A DNA stretch of 64,000 nucleotides, from NCBI GenBank assembly GCA_025351765.1, contig JANXVH010000170.1:65993-129992 (forward strand), in the 5' to 3' direction. How positions within the stretch are numbered: the stretch's first letter is position 1; every line of letters begins with the position of its first letter. The notes beneath the pieces were generated by a model. The model saw only the letters and a list, made by a program, of their open reading frames with translations, was not told the DNA's origin and did not search any database. This stretch comes from Pedobacter sp. (GTDB lineage: Bacteria > Bacteroidota > Bacteroidia > Sphingobacteriales > Sphingobacteriaceae). Below, in pieces: positions 1-9,439 of the stretch. The position numbers and the translations under genes are program-made.

Positions 1-2824
1 TCCATTGTCCATCATTGTGCTTATTGGGCTAATTGCACCCGCTATTTTAAGAGAAGGGTCTAACAGGTTTGTGCAGTACGACAAAGAAATATTGCCTGTA
101 GCGCCCTTTGGCTTTAGCATTTTGAATAAGTCGTTACAGTTTTTGCAGGGCGATGATGCCGTTGTTAATTTAAAACTGACAGGCGATCAGATTCCTCAGG
201 AGGTTTATATTTCTGATGGTGTGAATAGCTATAAGCTGATTAAAGAAGATAAAATAAATTTTAGTTACACTTTTAAAAACATTCAAAAAAGCAGGAAGAT
301 CCAGTTCTCTGCAGGTGGTTTTAATTCGATCACCTACCATCTGGAAGTGAAGGCTAAACCGGCAATATTAAGTATGACGGCGGATTTAAAATACCCTGCT
401 TACCTTAATAAAAGAAGTGAAACGATCCAAAACGCTGGAGACATGCTGATCCCTGAGGGTACGCTGATTACCTGGAATATCAGCACCGAGAACAGTTCGG
501 CTTTAACATTTATTTTAGGAAAAGAGAAATCTGGCCTAAGTCCGATTGATGATTCTTACACATTTAGCCGGACTATCAAGGAAGATATTATTTATACGAT
601 TAGTCCGAAAAATCAATTTGTAGCCGGTAAGGATGCTATTCATCATCAAATCAATGTGATCAAAGATGAGTTTCCGTCTATAAATGCTGTTGAAAAATTG
701 GATTCGCTAAGTAGTAAGGTCCTTTATTTTTCTGGTGATATTGCTGATGATCATGGGTTTAGTGCATTGGCGTTTATTGTGAATAGCAAAGAAAATGGCG
801 TTTTAAAGTCGGTAAGTAAAAAGTACATCCCGGTTAAAAAAGACCAGCGACAAAACGCTTTCTTTTTTGTGTGGAACATGAAGAATGAGGCGCTAAAAGG
901 CGGGCAATCGCTGGAATATTACTTTGAGGTATGGGATAATGACGGTGTTAACGGAGCTAAAGCGAGTAAAACGGACATTAAGGTTTTTGAAGTTCAATCT
1001 GCACAGCAAATCAACGATAAGTTGAATGAAGGTAGCAAAAGCCTGAAACAACAAATGGAAAAGGCCATTAAACTGGCAGGCGATGTAGAGAAGGAAACAA
1101 AAAAGCTAAGTGAGACCTTGTTGGACAAGAAACAGTTGAGCTTTGATGATAAAAAGCTTGTTGAGCAACTGCTGGACAAACAAAAGCAATTAGACGAGGC
1201 GGTTAAAGCTATTAAGGAGCAAAACGAGAAGAATACTTTCCAAAAGGAAGAGAATAATGCATTAAAAGAAGAGCTGGCGGATAAGCAGAAAAAGATTGAT
1301 GAGCTGTTTAATAATGTGTTGGACGAGAAGACTAAAATGTTGCTTAAAAAGCTACAAGAGCTAATGGATCAAGACAATAAAGATCAAACGCAAACGGAGC
1401 TTTCTAAAATGCAGATGGATAATAAGTCGCTCAAGAATGAGCTAGACAGGATCCTGGAGCTTTATAAACAACTGGAGTTTGAGCAGAATCTTCAGCGCAA
1501 CATTGATCAATTAAAGGTGCTTGCTAAAGAACAAAAAGATTTGGCCAAGAAATCGAATGCAAAGGATAGCAAATCGGCCGATTTAAAAGCCCAGCAGGAT
1601 AAGCTTGCTCAGGATTTTAAAAACTTAAAAGAAGAGCTGGAAAAAATAGCACAGAAAAATGAGCAATTGGAACGCCCAAACGCTTTTAAGAATCCTGAGG
1701 AAGAAGCTAAAGAGGTAGCAAAACAACAACAAAATAGCAATAATAACCTGGACAAGGGCGACAAGCAAGAAGCGGCTCAAAGTCAGCAGAAAGCTGGTGA
1801 CCAGTTAGATAAAATGGCTCAAAAGATGGAGGAGATGCAAAAAGAATCCTCAGATGCACAAAACTCTGTTAATGCCGAAGAGCTTAGGCAGTTGTTAGAA
1901 AATCTCTTAAAAACTTCCTTTGATCAAGAAAAGGTGATGCTTGCTTTAAGAAACATGAACAGTAGTGACCCCTTGTATACAGCAAATGTGCAGAAGCAGC
2001 GCGGCATTAAAGACAACCTAAAAACCATTGCCGATAGTTTGTTTAGCCTAAGTAAGCGAGTGCCGCAGATAGAAAGTGTGGTAAACGAGGAAATGCAGAA
2101 AATTAATTTGAACGTTGATAAAGGACTGGAAAATTTAGGGGAAAGAAATACGCCTGCTGCTAACCGAAATCAGCAATATGCCATGACCTCTATTAATAAT
2201 TTATCGCTCATGCTGAGCGAGGCCTTAGACCAGCTTCAAAAGGCAAAGAAGAATGGTAAGGGAGGAAAAGGCAGCAAGGGAAGTATGAAACAGTTGCAAC
2301 AAATGCAACAGCAGCTCAACAACAGTATGCAAAAGGCGCGTGAGCAGATGCAGCGCGAGGGAAATAATGGAAAGGCTCAAAAAGGGCAGATGAGTCAGGA
2401 GTTTGCCAAAATGGCCCAGCAGCAGCAAATGATTAGGGAAGCCATGCAAAAGCTTAACCGGGAGCAAAATAAAAATGGTAAAAGCGGGGCGAGAGATCTT
2501 AGTAAGTCTATTGAAGATATGAAGGCCACGGAAACGGACTTGGTAAACAAAAAGATAGAACAACAAACTTTAGACCGGCAGAAGAAGATTTTGGATAAAA
2601 TGCTTGATGCAGAGAAGGCGCAAAGAGAAGAAAACGAAGATGAGAAGCGCGAAGCTAAAGCCGGCAAGGAGTTTCCCCCATCTTACAAACAGATGCTGGA
2701 AAAGTTTAATAATACAAAGCAATCTGAGACAGAATGGCTTCGAAAGCTTCCGGCAGATCTCAACTACTACTATAAAAACAAAGTAATTGAATATTTTAAA
2801 TTGTTAAATTCGCCGAAAAAATAA
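1..2824 (+). CDS. Large coiled-coil, K/E/Q-rich envelope-associated protein with its N-terminus outside the window (possibly DUF4175-type; name unverified)
   Basis: The ORF is open to the window edge (frame of 5..2824, 939 aa shown). About 330 aa are beta-rich, followed by about 600 aa of heptad-like K/E/Q/L low complexity (QQMQQQLNNSMQKAREQMQ, KKNGKGGKGSKGS). The stop lies just upstream of the ybeY start. Confidence 0.8.
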   Translation, partial: PLSIIVLIGLIAPAILREGSNRFVQYDKEILPVAPFGFSILNKSLQFLQGDDAVVNLKLTGDQIPQEVYISDGVNSYKLIKEDKINFSYTFKNIQKSRKIQFSAGGFNSITYHLEVKAKPAILSMTADLKYPAYLNKRSETIQNAGDMLIPEGTLITWNISTENSSALTFILGKEKSGLSPIDDSYTFSRTIKEDIIYTISPKNQFVAGKDAIHHQINVIKDEFPSINAVEKLDSLSSKVLYFSGDIADDHGFSALAFIVNSKENGVLKSVSKKYIPVKKDQRQNAFFFVWNMKNEALKGGQSLEYYFEVWDNDGVNGAKASKTDIKVFEVQSAQQINDKLNEGSKSLKQQMEKAIKLAGDVEKETKKLSETLLDKKQLSFDDKKLVEQLLDKQKQLDEAVKAIKEQNEKNTFQKEENNALKEELADKQKKIDELFNNVLDEKTKMLLKKLQELMDQDNKDQTQTELSKMQMDNKSLKNELDRILELYKQLEFEQNLQRNIDQLKVLAKEQKDLAKKSNAKDSKSADLKAQQDKLAQDFKNLKEELEKIAQKNEQLERPNAFKNPEEEAKEVAKQQQNSNNNLDKGDKQEAAQSQQKAGDQLDKMAQKMEEMQKESSDAQNSVNAEELRQLLENLLKTSFDQEKVMLALRNMNSSDPLYTANVQKQRGIKDNLKTIADSLFSLSKRVPQIESVVNEEMQKINLNVDKGLENLGERNTPAANRNQQYAMTSINNLSLMLSEALDQLQKAKKNGKGGKGSKGSMKQLQQMQQQLNNSMQKAREQMQREGNNGKAQKGQMSQEFAKMAQQQQMIREAMQKLNREQNKNGKSGARDLSKSIEDMKATETDLVNKKIEQQTLDRQKKILDKMLDAEKAQREENEDEKREAKAGKEFPPSYKQMLEKFNNTKQSETEWLRKLPADLNYYYKNKVIEYFKLLNSPKK

Positions 2825-2829
2825 GTAGA

Positions 2830-3276
2830 ATGTCTAAAGGGACGATCAATTTCTTTGCAGAAGAAACCAATTACCAGTTGAAACAAAAACGGGTATTGAA
2901 AGCCTGGATTAAAGCCGCTATAGCTGCAGAAGGCTATCAGTTGGATGAATTGAACTTTATCTTATGCTCTGACGCTTATTTACTGCGCATGAACCAAGAT
3001 TACCTTAAGCACGATACTTATACCGATGTAATCACATTTGACAACTCTGAGGTCTTAAAATCAATTGTTGGAGACATCTTCATCAGCATGGACAGAATAA
3101 AGGAAAATGCAAGTGCTTTGGGTGTAACCGCCAGCGAAGAACTAAGTAGGGTTATGATACATGGCACATTGCATTTATTGGGGTATAAAGATAAATCCAA
3201 ACCAGCAAAGGCATTGATGACAGAGAAGGAAGACGATTACCTGGGCAAGCTTTCTGCTATTCAGGGTACGGTATAG
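2830..3276 (+). CDS. ybeY: rRNA maturation endoribonuclease YbeY
   Basis: 148 aa with the zinc-binding motif HGTLHLLGYKD (HGxLHLxGY). Size is typical for the family. Confidence 0.93.
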   Translation: MSKGTINFFAEETNYQLKQKRVLKAWIKAAIAAEGYQLDELNFILCSDAYLLRMNQDYLKHDTYTDVITFDNSEVLKSIVGDIFISMDRIKENASALGVTASEELSRVMIHGTLHLLGYKDKSKPAKALMTEKEDDYLGKLSAIQGTV

Positions 3277-3300
3277 AATTTATGTTTGCCTTTTATTGTT

Positions 3301-3308
3301 TACTTTTG
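3301..3308 (+). promoter_or_regulatory. Candidate Bacteroidota sigma-A -7 box (TACTTTTG, consensus TAnnTTTG) for the ABC-F gene
   Basis: Exact match to TAnnTTTG, 39 nt upstream of the TTG start at 3347. No -33 TTTG element was checked convincingly. Confidence 0.35.
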
Positions 3309-3346
3309 TAGCAATTTCTTATATATAAAATCGTTAATAAAATACT

Positions 3347-5203
3347 TTGAGCACATTAATTGCAGCCGAAAGCCTTGGTCATGCTTATCATGATGAATGG
3401 CTATTTAAGAACCTAACTTTAGGAATACAAACAGGTCAGCGAGTTGCGCTTGTAGGCATCAATGGTGCCGGCAAAAGCACCTTATTAAAATTACTAGCCG
3501 AAAGATTTTCTCCTCTTGAAGGAAAAATTGTTAAAAATAAATCTACTAAGATTGGATTCCTGGATCAGGAACCCTCCTTTCCTGACGGCTACTCTATAAG
3601 TGACTTCATATTTTCTTTGGAAAATAAGCAACAGCAACTAATTAAAGAATATGAGGAGCGAATAGAAGATCCAAACCCTGATGAGAAAACCTTAAACAGG
3701 CTTTATGAAGAGCTGAGCGAACACAATGCCTGGGAATATGAGCATGAGATAAAAACTATCTTAAGTAGAATGGGCATTACCCACTTACAGCAAAAAATAG
3801 ATACCCTATCTGGTGGGCAGAAAAAACGCCTTGCTCTGGCTAAGCTTTTGATTGAAGACCCGGAGATTTATGTGCTGGACGAGCCTACCAATCACCTTGA
3901 TATTGATACCATAGAGTGGTTAGAAAAACTGCTTACTTCTGGAAATAAAACCATTTTATTGGTAACACATGATCGGTATTTTTTGGATAATGTATGCAAT
4001 ACTATAGTGGAATTGGACAGGGGCAAGATTTACAATTACAATGGCAATTATGCTTACTTCCTAGAAAAAAAATCTGAAAGGGAGGCATCAGACGAGAGTA
4101 CGTTCCATAAGAATAAGAACCTCTTAAAAAAGGAATTGGAATGGATGAGACGTATGCCCCAGGCGAGAGGAACTAAATCGCAAGCCAGAATTGATGCTTT
4201 TTACGATTTAGACAATAAAACAAAGCAAAGGACTGACAATCAAACTATTACACTAAAAGTTAAGATGGCTAGGCAAGGGAATAAAATCCTGGAGCTGAAC
4301 CACATTGGTCAATCTTTTGACAATAAGGCGATTATCAATGACTTCAGTTATACTTTCAAGAGGGCAGATAGAATTGGCCTTGCCGGAAAGAATGGCACAG
4401 GTAAGTCAACGCTTTTGAATATAATGACTAGTTTACTGATACCTGAAAAGGGAAAAGTGAGCACTGGTGATACCACTGTTTACGGTTATTATAAACAGGG
4501 CGGCTTATCATTTAACGAAAAAGAAAGGGTTATAGATATAGTTAAATCTGATGCGGAATACATAAAGATGGCGGATGGATCGACGATCTCCGCTTCGCAA
4601 CTTTTGACATTATTTTTATTCCCCCCAAAGAAGCAACACGGCATGGTGGAAAAGCTTAGTGGAGGAGAAAAGAAGAGGCTGCATTTAATGAAAGTTTTAA
4701 TGCAAAATCCTAATTTCTTGATTCTGGATGAGCCGACCAATGATCTTGATATTGACACATTGAATGTGTTAGAAGAGTTCTTAGAAAACTTTCCGGGAGT
4801 ATTGATCTTGGTATCTCACGATAGGTATTTGTTAGATAAAATGAGCGAACAGCTATTCATTATGGAAGGCAATGGCGAAGTGACCATTTATAACGGTAAC
4901 TATTCGGAATACCGATTAAGCTTGAGCAACCCTAAAGAAGTGCCCGTTGTGAAGGCAATAAAACAGGAAGTGTCCGAAAAATCCGCTGGGAAGAAACTGA
5001 GCTATAAGGAGCAAAAAGAATTGGAAGACTCAGAAATGAAAATCCAACTGTTGGAAGAGGAAGTAGCCGGCCTTAATAAATCGATTGACGAAATTGACGC
5101 TTCTGATTATAAAAAGCTGAAAGAAGTAAGTGATTTGATAGAAAAGAAAAACGAAGAGCTCGATGCAGTAACCAGTCGGTGGCTAGAGCTTTCGGAATTA
5201 TAG
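3347..5203 (+). CDS. ABC-F family ATPase (Uup/EttA-like translation factor type, no TM domain)
   Basis: Two ABC cassettes: Walker A GINGAGKST and GKNGTGKST, signature LSGGQKKR and LSGGEKKR, Walker B VLDEPTNHLD and ILDEPTNDLD. It has a C-terminal coiled-coil tail and a TTG start. Confidence 0.93.
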   Translation: MSTLIAAESLGHAYHDEWLFKNLTLGIQTGQRVALVGINGAGKSTLLKLLAERFSPLEGKIVKNKSTKIGFLDQEPSFPDGYSISDFIFSLENKQQQLIKEYEERIEDPNPDEKTLNRLYEELSEHNAWEYEHEIKTILSRMGITHLQQKIDTLSGGQKKRLALAKLLIEDPEIYVLDEPTNHLDIDTIEWLEKLLTSGNKTILLVTHDRYFLDNVCNTIVELDRGKIYNYNGNYAYFLEKKSEREASDESTFHKNKNLLKKELEWMRRMPQARGTKSQARIDAFYDLDNKTKQRTDNQTITLKVKMARQGNKILELNHIGQSFDNKAIINDFSYTFKRADRIGLAGKNGTGKSTLLNIMTSLLIPEKGKVSTGDTTVYGYYKQGGLSFNEKERVIDIVKSDAEYIKMADGSTISASQLLTLFLFPPKKQHGMVEKLSGGEKKRLHLMKVLMQNPNFLILDEPTNDLDIDTLNVLEEFLENFPGVLILVSHDRYLLDKMSEQLFIMEGNGEVTIYNGNYSEYRLSLSNPKEVPVVKAIKQEVSEKSAGKKLSYKEQKELEDSEMKIQLLEEEVAGLNKSIDEIDASDYKKLKEVSDLIEKKNEELDAVTSRWLELSEL

Positions 5204-5218
5204 AATGATTAATAGCAA

Positions 5219-5234
5219 TGTTTCACGTGAAACT
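5219..5234. other. parS centromere-like site 1 (TGTTTCACGTGAAACt)
   Basis: 15/16 match to the palindromic parS consensus TGTTNCACGTGAAACA. The core GTTTCACGTGAAAC (5220-5233) is a perfect 14-bp palindrome. Confidence 0.8.
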
Positions 5235-5244
5235 GACTCCATAC

Positions 5245-5260
5245 AGTTTCACGTGAAACA
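5245..5260. other. parS centromere-like site 2 (aGTTTCACGTGAAACA)
   Basis: 15/16 match to the parS consensus. The identical 14-bp core lies at 5246-5259, 26 bp from site 1 and 16 nt upstream of the mnmG ATG. Confidence 0.8.
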
Positions 5261-5275
5261 TATTAGATTATAGAT

Positions 5276-7138
5276 ATGTTTAAAGAATACGATGTAATAG
5301 TTGTTGGCGCTGGGCACGCGGGCTGTGAGGCTGCTGCGGCTGCCGCCAACCTTGGTTCTTCGGTACTGTTGGTTACTATGAACATGGAAACTATCGCCCA
5401 AATGAGTTGCAACCCTGCAATGGGGGGAGTAGCAAAAGGTCAAATCGTTAGAGAAATTGATGCGATGGGTGGATATTCTGGTATTATCGCAGACAAAACA
5501 ACGTTGCAATTTAGGATGCTCAACCTATCTAAAGGTCCGGCAATGTGGAGCCCTAGAAGTCAAAATGATAGAAAGAGATTTGCTGAAGAGTGGAGACTGG
5601 CCTTGGAGAGGACGCCCAATGTAGATTTCTGGCAGGATATGGTAAGTAGCCTGATTATAAAAGATGGTGTAGTTACCGGTGTGAGAACCTCCATCGGGGT
5701 GGAGATAAAGTCAAAAAGTGTGGTATTAACAAACGGCACGTTTTTAAATGGTTTAATTCACATCGGAGAGAAAAAATTTGGCGGAGGAAGAACAGGAGAA
5801 AAAGCGGCTACGGGGATTACTGAACAATTAACGAGTTACGGCTTTGAAGCTGGCAGAATGAAGACAGGTACGCCTCCCCGCGTTGACGGCCGATCTTTAA
5901 ATTATTCCTTAATGGAAGAGCAATGGGGGGATGAAAACCCTGGTCGTTTTTCCTATACCAATGTTGAACTTCCTAAACAACAACGTTGCTGCTGGATTAC
6001 ATATACGAATACTAATGTACACGAAACTTTAAAAGAGGGCTTTGAAAAATCTCCAATGTTTACTGGGAGAATTAAAGGATTAGGCCCCAGATACTGTCCT
6101 TCAATAGAAGATAAGATTAATCGTTTTGCAGAAAGAGAAAGGCACCAGATTTTTGTTGAGCCAGAAGGATGGGATACTTGTGAAATCTATGTAAATGGCT
6201 TTTCAACTTCGCTCCCTGAGGATGTTCAATATAAAGCATTAGTACAAATCCCTGGATTTGAAAATGCTAAAATGTTCAGGCCGGGTTATGCAATAGAGTA
6301 CGATTACTTTCCACCTACGCAGCTTTCCTTAACATTAGAAACAAAACTTGTACAGAACTTATATTTTGCCGGGCAGATTAACGGTACTACAGGATATGAG
6401 GAAGCAGCCAGTCAGGGGTTCATTGCGGGTATTAATGCCCATCAAAAGGTTTGGAATAAAGACGCGCTGATCATGAAAAGATCAGAATCTTATATTGGTG
6501 TGCTTATTGATGATCTTGTAACCAAAGGCACTGAAGAACCCTATAGGATGTTTACATCCCGGGCAGAGCACCGTTTATTACTAAGACAAGATAATGCAGA
6601 CATTCGCCTCTCTCCCATTGGACATAAACTTGGGCTGATTAGCGATGCGCGCCTGGATATTGTAAAAGCGAAAGTAGCAAATTCAGATGCCATTGTCGAT
6701 TTTACGAAAAAGCAAGGGATCGACATGGCTACAGCAAACGAGCTTTTAAAAGAACTTGGGACAAGTGAACTTAGTCAAAACGTGAAGATCATTAGTTTAT
6801 TGAGCCGGCCTCAAGTTGGAATTAATGACATTAGAAAAGTAAGTATTCCATTAAACGATCTCATTAGCACCTTTGATAAAGAAACCATCGAACAGGCTGA
6901 GATCAAAATAAAATATGAAAGCTATTTTGAGAAAGAACAGGAGATTGTAAGTAAAATGCAAAAGATGGAAGATAAGAATATAAATCCTGATTTTGATTAT
7001 TCACAATTAGGATCACTTTCCAAAGAAGCGCGAGAAAAATTGTTGAAGATAAAACCAAGAACACTAGGGCAAGCCTCCAGAATATCAGGCGTATCTCCAT
7101 CAGATATCTCAGTTTTAATGGTTCATATAACAAAATAA
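5276..7138 (+). CDS. mnmG: tRNA uridine-5-carboxymethylaminomethyl(34) synthesis enzyme MnmG (GidA)
   Basis: 620 aa with N-terminal FAD motif [16 protein letters not shown]. The family is recognisable along its full length ([24 protein letters not shown]). Confidence 0.97.
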   Translation: MFKEYDVIVVGAGHAGCEAAAAAANLGSSVLLVTMNMETIAQMSCNPAMGGVAKGQIVREIDAMGGYSGIIADKTTLQFRMLNLSKGPAMWSPRSQNDRKRFAEEWRLALERTPNVDFWQDMVSSLIIKDGVVTGVRTSIGVEIKSKSVVLTNGTFLNGLIHIGEKKFGGGRTGEKAATGITEQLTSYGFEAGRMKTGTPPRVDGRSLNYSLMEEQWGDENPGRFSYTNVELPKQQRCCWITYTNTNVHETLKEGFEKSPMFTGRIKGLGPRYCPSIEDKINRFAERERHQIFVEPEGWDTCEIYVNGFSTSLPEDVQYKALVQIPGFENAKMFRPGYAIEYDYFPPTQLSLTLETKLVQNLYFAGQINGTTGYEEAASQGFIAGINAHQKVWNKDALIMKRSESYIGVLIDDLVTKGTEEPYRMFTSRAEHRLLLRQDNADIRLSPIGHKLGLISDARLDIVKAKVANSDAIVDFTKKQGIDMATANELLKELGTSELSQNVKIISLLSRPQVGINDIRKVSIPLNDLISTFDKETIEQAEIKIKYESYFEKEQEIVSKMQKMEDKNINPDFDYSQLGSLSKEAREKLLKIKPRTLGQASRISGVSPSDISVLMVHITK

Positions 7139-7281
7139 CTAGTAAGTAACTGATAAACAACATTTTAAATAATAAATCACTATAAAACTAGCTGGCTTAT
7201 TTTAAACACATCTTAGCAACAATAATTAATTTTTGATCAGTTATATTTAAACAACATAAAAACTCAACAGAGCTCATTTAA

Positions 7282-8913
7282 ATGCGAAAAAAGAACATCT
7301 ATAGCATAAGGCGCGCACTTGCATCGATAATTGGCATTTGCTTGGTGATATATGGTTGCGCAAGTATACAACAACCACAAGGAGGCCCTAGAGACACGAC
7401 TCCTCCGGAGGTATTAAAAATGACTCCTAAAAATCTAACCACCAATTTTCATGAAAAGAAGATTTTAATTGAGTTTAATGAATATTTCAAAATTGCAAAT
7501 GAAATAAAGGAATTTTCAATATCTCCGGAACTGAACATTGCCCCTACTTTAAAAGTGAAGCAAAAACGTTTAGAGATTACCTTTACAGATACCCTAGAAA
7601 AAAATACAACTTATACGCTGAACTTTGGAAAAGCAATTGTTGACATCAATGAGAATAACGCTATTAAAAACTTCACGTATGTTTTTGCTACAGGACCGGA
7701 GCTAGATTCGCTAAGCATCAATGGAAGGGTAACCAACTCAAAAACCGGAAAGCCAGAGATTGATGCCGTGGCATTTATTTTTCCCCTTAACAGGGATACG
7801 CTATTCGGAAAAGGTAAACCGGCTATTTATACAAGGACTGACAGCAATGGCAATTACAAACTAAGTAACCTTAGAAAGGATACGTATAAAATTTATGCCC
7901 TAAAGGAAACCAATGGTGATAAAATATATCAGCAGCCTACTGATGAAATTGGTTTTATTAAAGATTCCGTTCTTTTGGCTAAGAATTTGGATAGCATGAA
8001 TATCAAACTCTTTAAAGAAGATGCCAGAGTTTTCAGGGTACTGGACAAAAAATTAGATAAAGATGGTAGCATCAATTTTACTTTTAACCAGAAGCTTAAA
8101 AAGCCTGAGGTAATTGTGCTGGAGCCAACAGATCTTAACGTTTCGAAAAAATATAAGTTTAGTAAAAATAACGATTCTCTTAAAGTATGGCTAACCGCTT
8201 TGGCATTCGATTCTGTAAAAATTAGTATTAAGGATCAGAATAAATTGCTACAGACAACAACCCTTACAAGAGGTAAAAAAGAAACCTATACAAGGGCGCT
8301 CACTGCTGCTGGCAACCTGGACGGATCTATCTTAAACCCAAATAGCACATTAAGACTAACGTTTAACTTTCCTATAGAACAAATAGACACCACGAAAATT
8401 ACATTGCTTGAAGACTCTGTAGCCATTACTAATTTTGTGTTGTCCAAAGACAGCGTAGACTTCCTGACTTATTATCTTCGTTACCCATGGAAGGCTAAAA
8501 AGGCATACGATATTAAATATGGTGCTGGAGCATTTACAGGTATATTTAACGTTAAGAATAAAGAATTTATTCAGGCTTTTAAACTGGGAAGTAAAGAAGA
8601 TTATGGAACACTGATTACGAAGATTACCGTTCCTGAAAAGAATAAGAGCTACATTCTGGAAGTATTGAATGAAAATAGCGTTTCGGTAAACAAACTGGTT
8701 GTTAGACAAGATACTACTGTAACTTTTAGAAATTATAAATCGGGCAAATACTTTTTAAGGATTACGTACGATACGAATAAAAACGGAATATGGGATACAG
8801 GAAGTGTGTTATTAAAACTACAACCTGAACGTATATGGAACGAGCCAAAGGAAATGTCCATCAGGCCAAATTGGGAACGCAATGAAACCATTGTCATTCC
8901 AAAAGAGCAATAG
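7282..8913 (+). CDS. Lipoprotein with Ig-like/beta-sandwich domains (uncharacterised)
   Basis: Signal peptide plus lipobox (LVIYGCAS) and a beta-rich 543-aa body. The region after the Cys (PRDTTPPEV...) resembles Bacteroidota SbsA-type Ig-like lipoproteins from memory. Confidence 0.75.
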   Translation: MRKKNIYSIRRALASIIGICLVIYGCASIQQPQGGPRDTTPPEVLKMTPKNLTTNFHEKKILIEFNEYFKIANEIKEFSISPELNIAPTLKVKQKRLEITFTDTLEKNTTYTLNFGKAIVDINENNAIKNFTYVFATGPELDSLSINGRVTNSKTGKPEIDAVAFIFPLNRDTLFGKGKPAIYTRTDSNGNYKLSNLRKDTYKIYALKETNGDKIYQQPTDEIGFIKDSVLLAKNLDSMNIKLFKEDARVFRVLDKKLDKDGSINFTFNQKLKKPEVIVLEPTDLNVSKKYKFSKNNDSLKVWLTALAFDSVKISIKDQNKLLQTTTLTRGKKETYTRALTAAGNLDGSILNPNSTLRLTFNFPIEQIDTTKITLLEDSVAITNFVLSKDSVDFLTYYLRYPWKAKKAYDIKYGAGAFTGIFNVKNKEFIQAFKLGSKEDYGTLITKITVPEKNKSYILEVLNENSVSVNKLVVRQDTTVTFRNYKSGKYFLRITYDTNKNGIWDTGSVLLKLQPERIWNEPKEMSIRPNWERNETIVIPKEQ

Positions 8914-8926
8914 GAATATCCATAAA

Positions 8927-9436
8927 TTACCTAAACCAATCTGAATACATGATGTAATTATCGGGCAATTTGTTTAGCAATTCTCGTTGAGCATCACTGA
9001 TGGATTTAACTTTTTTAGCCGGTGTACCTGCATATATAAATCCGCTTTCGCAATGCGTATTTTCCAAAACGACAGACCCTGCAGCAATTATTACATAATC
9101 TTCAACCAGTGCATTATCCATCACTATTGCTCCCATCCCTATCAGGATATGATCTTTAAGAATGCATCCGTGTACTATGGCATTATGTCCTATAGAAACT
9201 CTGTTGCCAATAGTTGTTGCTGCTTTTAAATACGTGGCATGTATCACGGCTCCATCTTGGATATTGGTATCATTTCCGATTGTAATGGCGTTTACATCAC
9301 CACGGATTACAGCATTAAACCACACAGAGCAATTCTTGCCTAAAATAACATCACCAACAATGGTGGCATTGGGTGCAATAAAGTTATTGTGGCCGATAAC
9401 AGGATGCACTCCTTTAACTGGTAAAATAGTAGCCAT
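8927..9436 (-). CDS. Gamma-carbonic-anhydrase-family / left-handed beta-helix (hexapeptide repeat) protein
   Basis: 169 aa with hexapeptide repeats (IGNDTNIQDGAVIH, IGNRVSIGHNAIVHG). The start lies 3 nt after the nadB stop, which suggests an operon. Confidence 0.85.
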   Translation of the reverse strand: MATILPVKGVHPVIGHNNFIAPNATIVGDVILGKNCSVWFNAVIRGDVNAITIGNDTNIQDGAVIHATYLKAATTIGNRVSIGHNAIVHGCILKDHILIGMGAIVMDNALVEDYVIIAAGSVVLENTHCESGFIYAGTPAKKVKSISDAQRELLNKLPDNYIMYSDWFR

Positions 9437-9439
9437 AAT

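Noticed and set aside
994-2786. Antisense and alternate-frame ORFs (61-113 aa) within the coiled-coil gene
   Set aside because: They are by-products of the repetitive AAG/GAA/CAG-rich coding sequence. Their translations are Leu/Ser/Phe-rich nonsense with no independent support.
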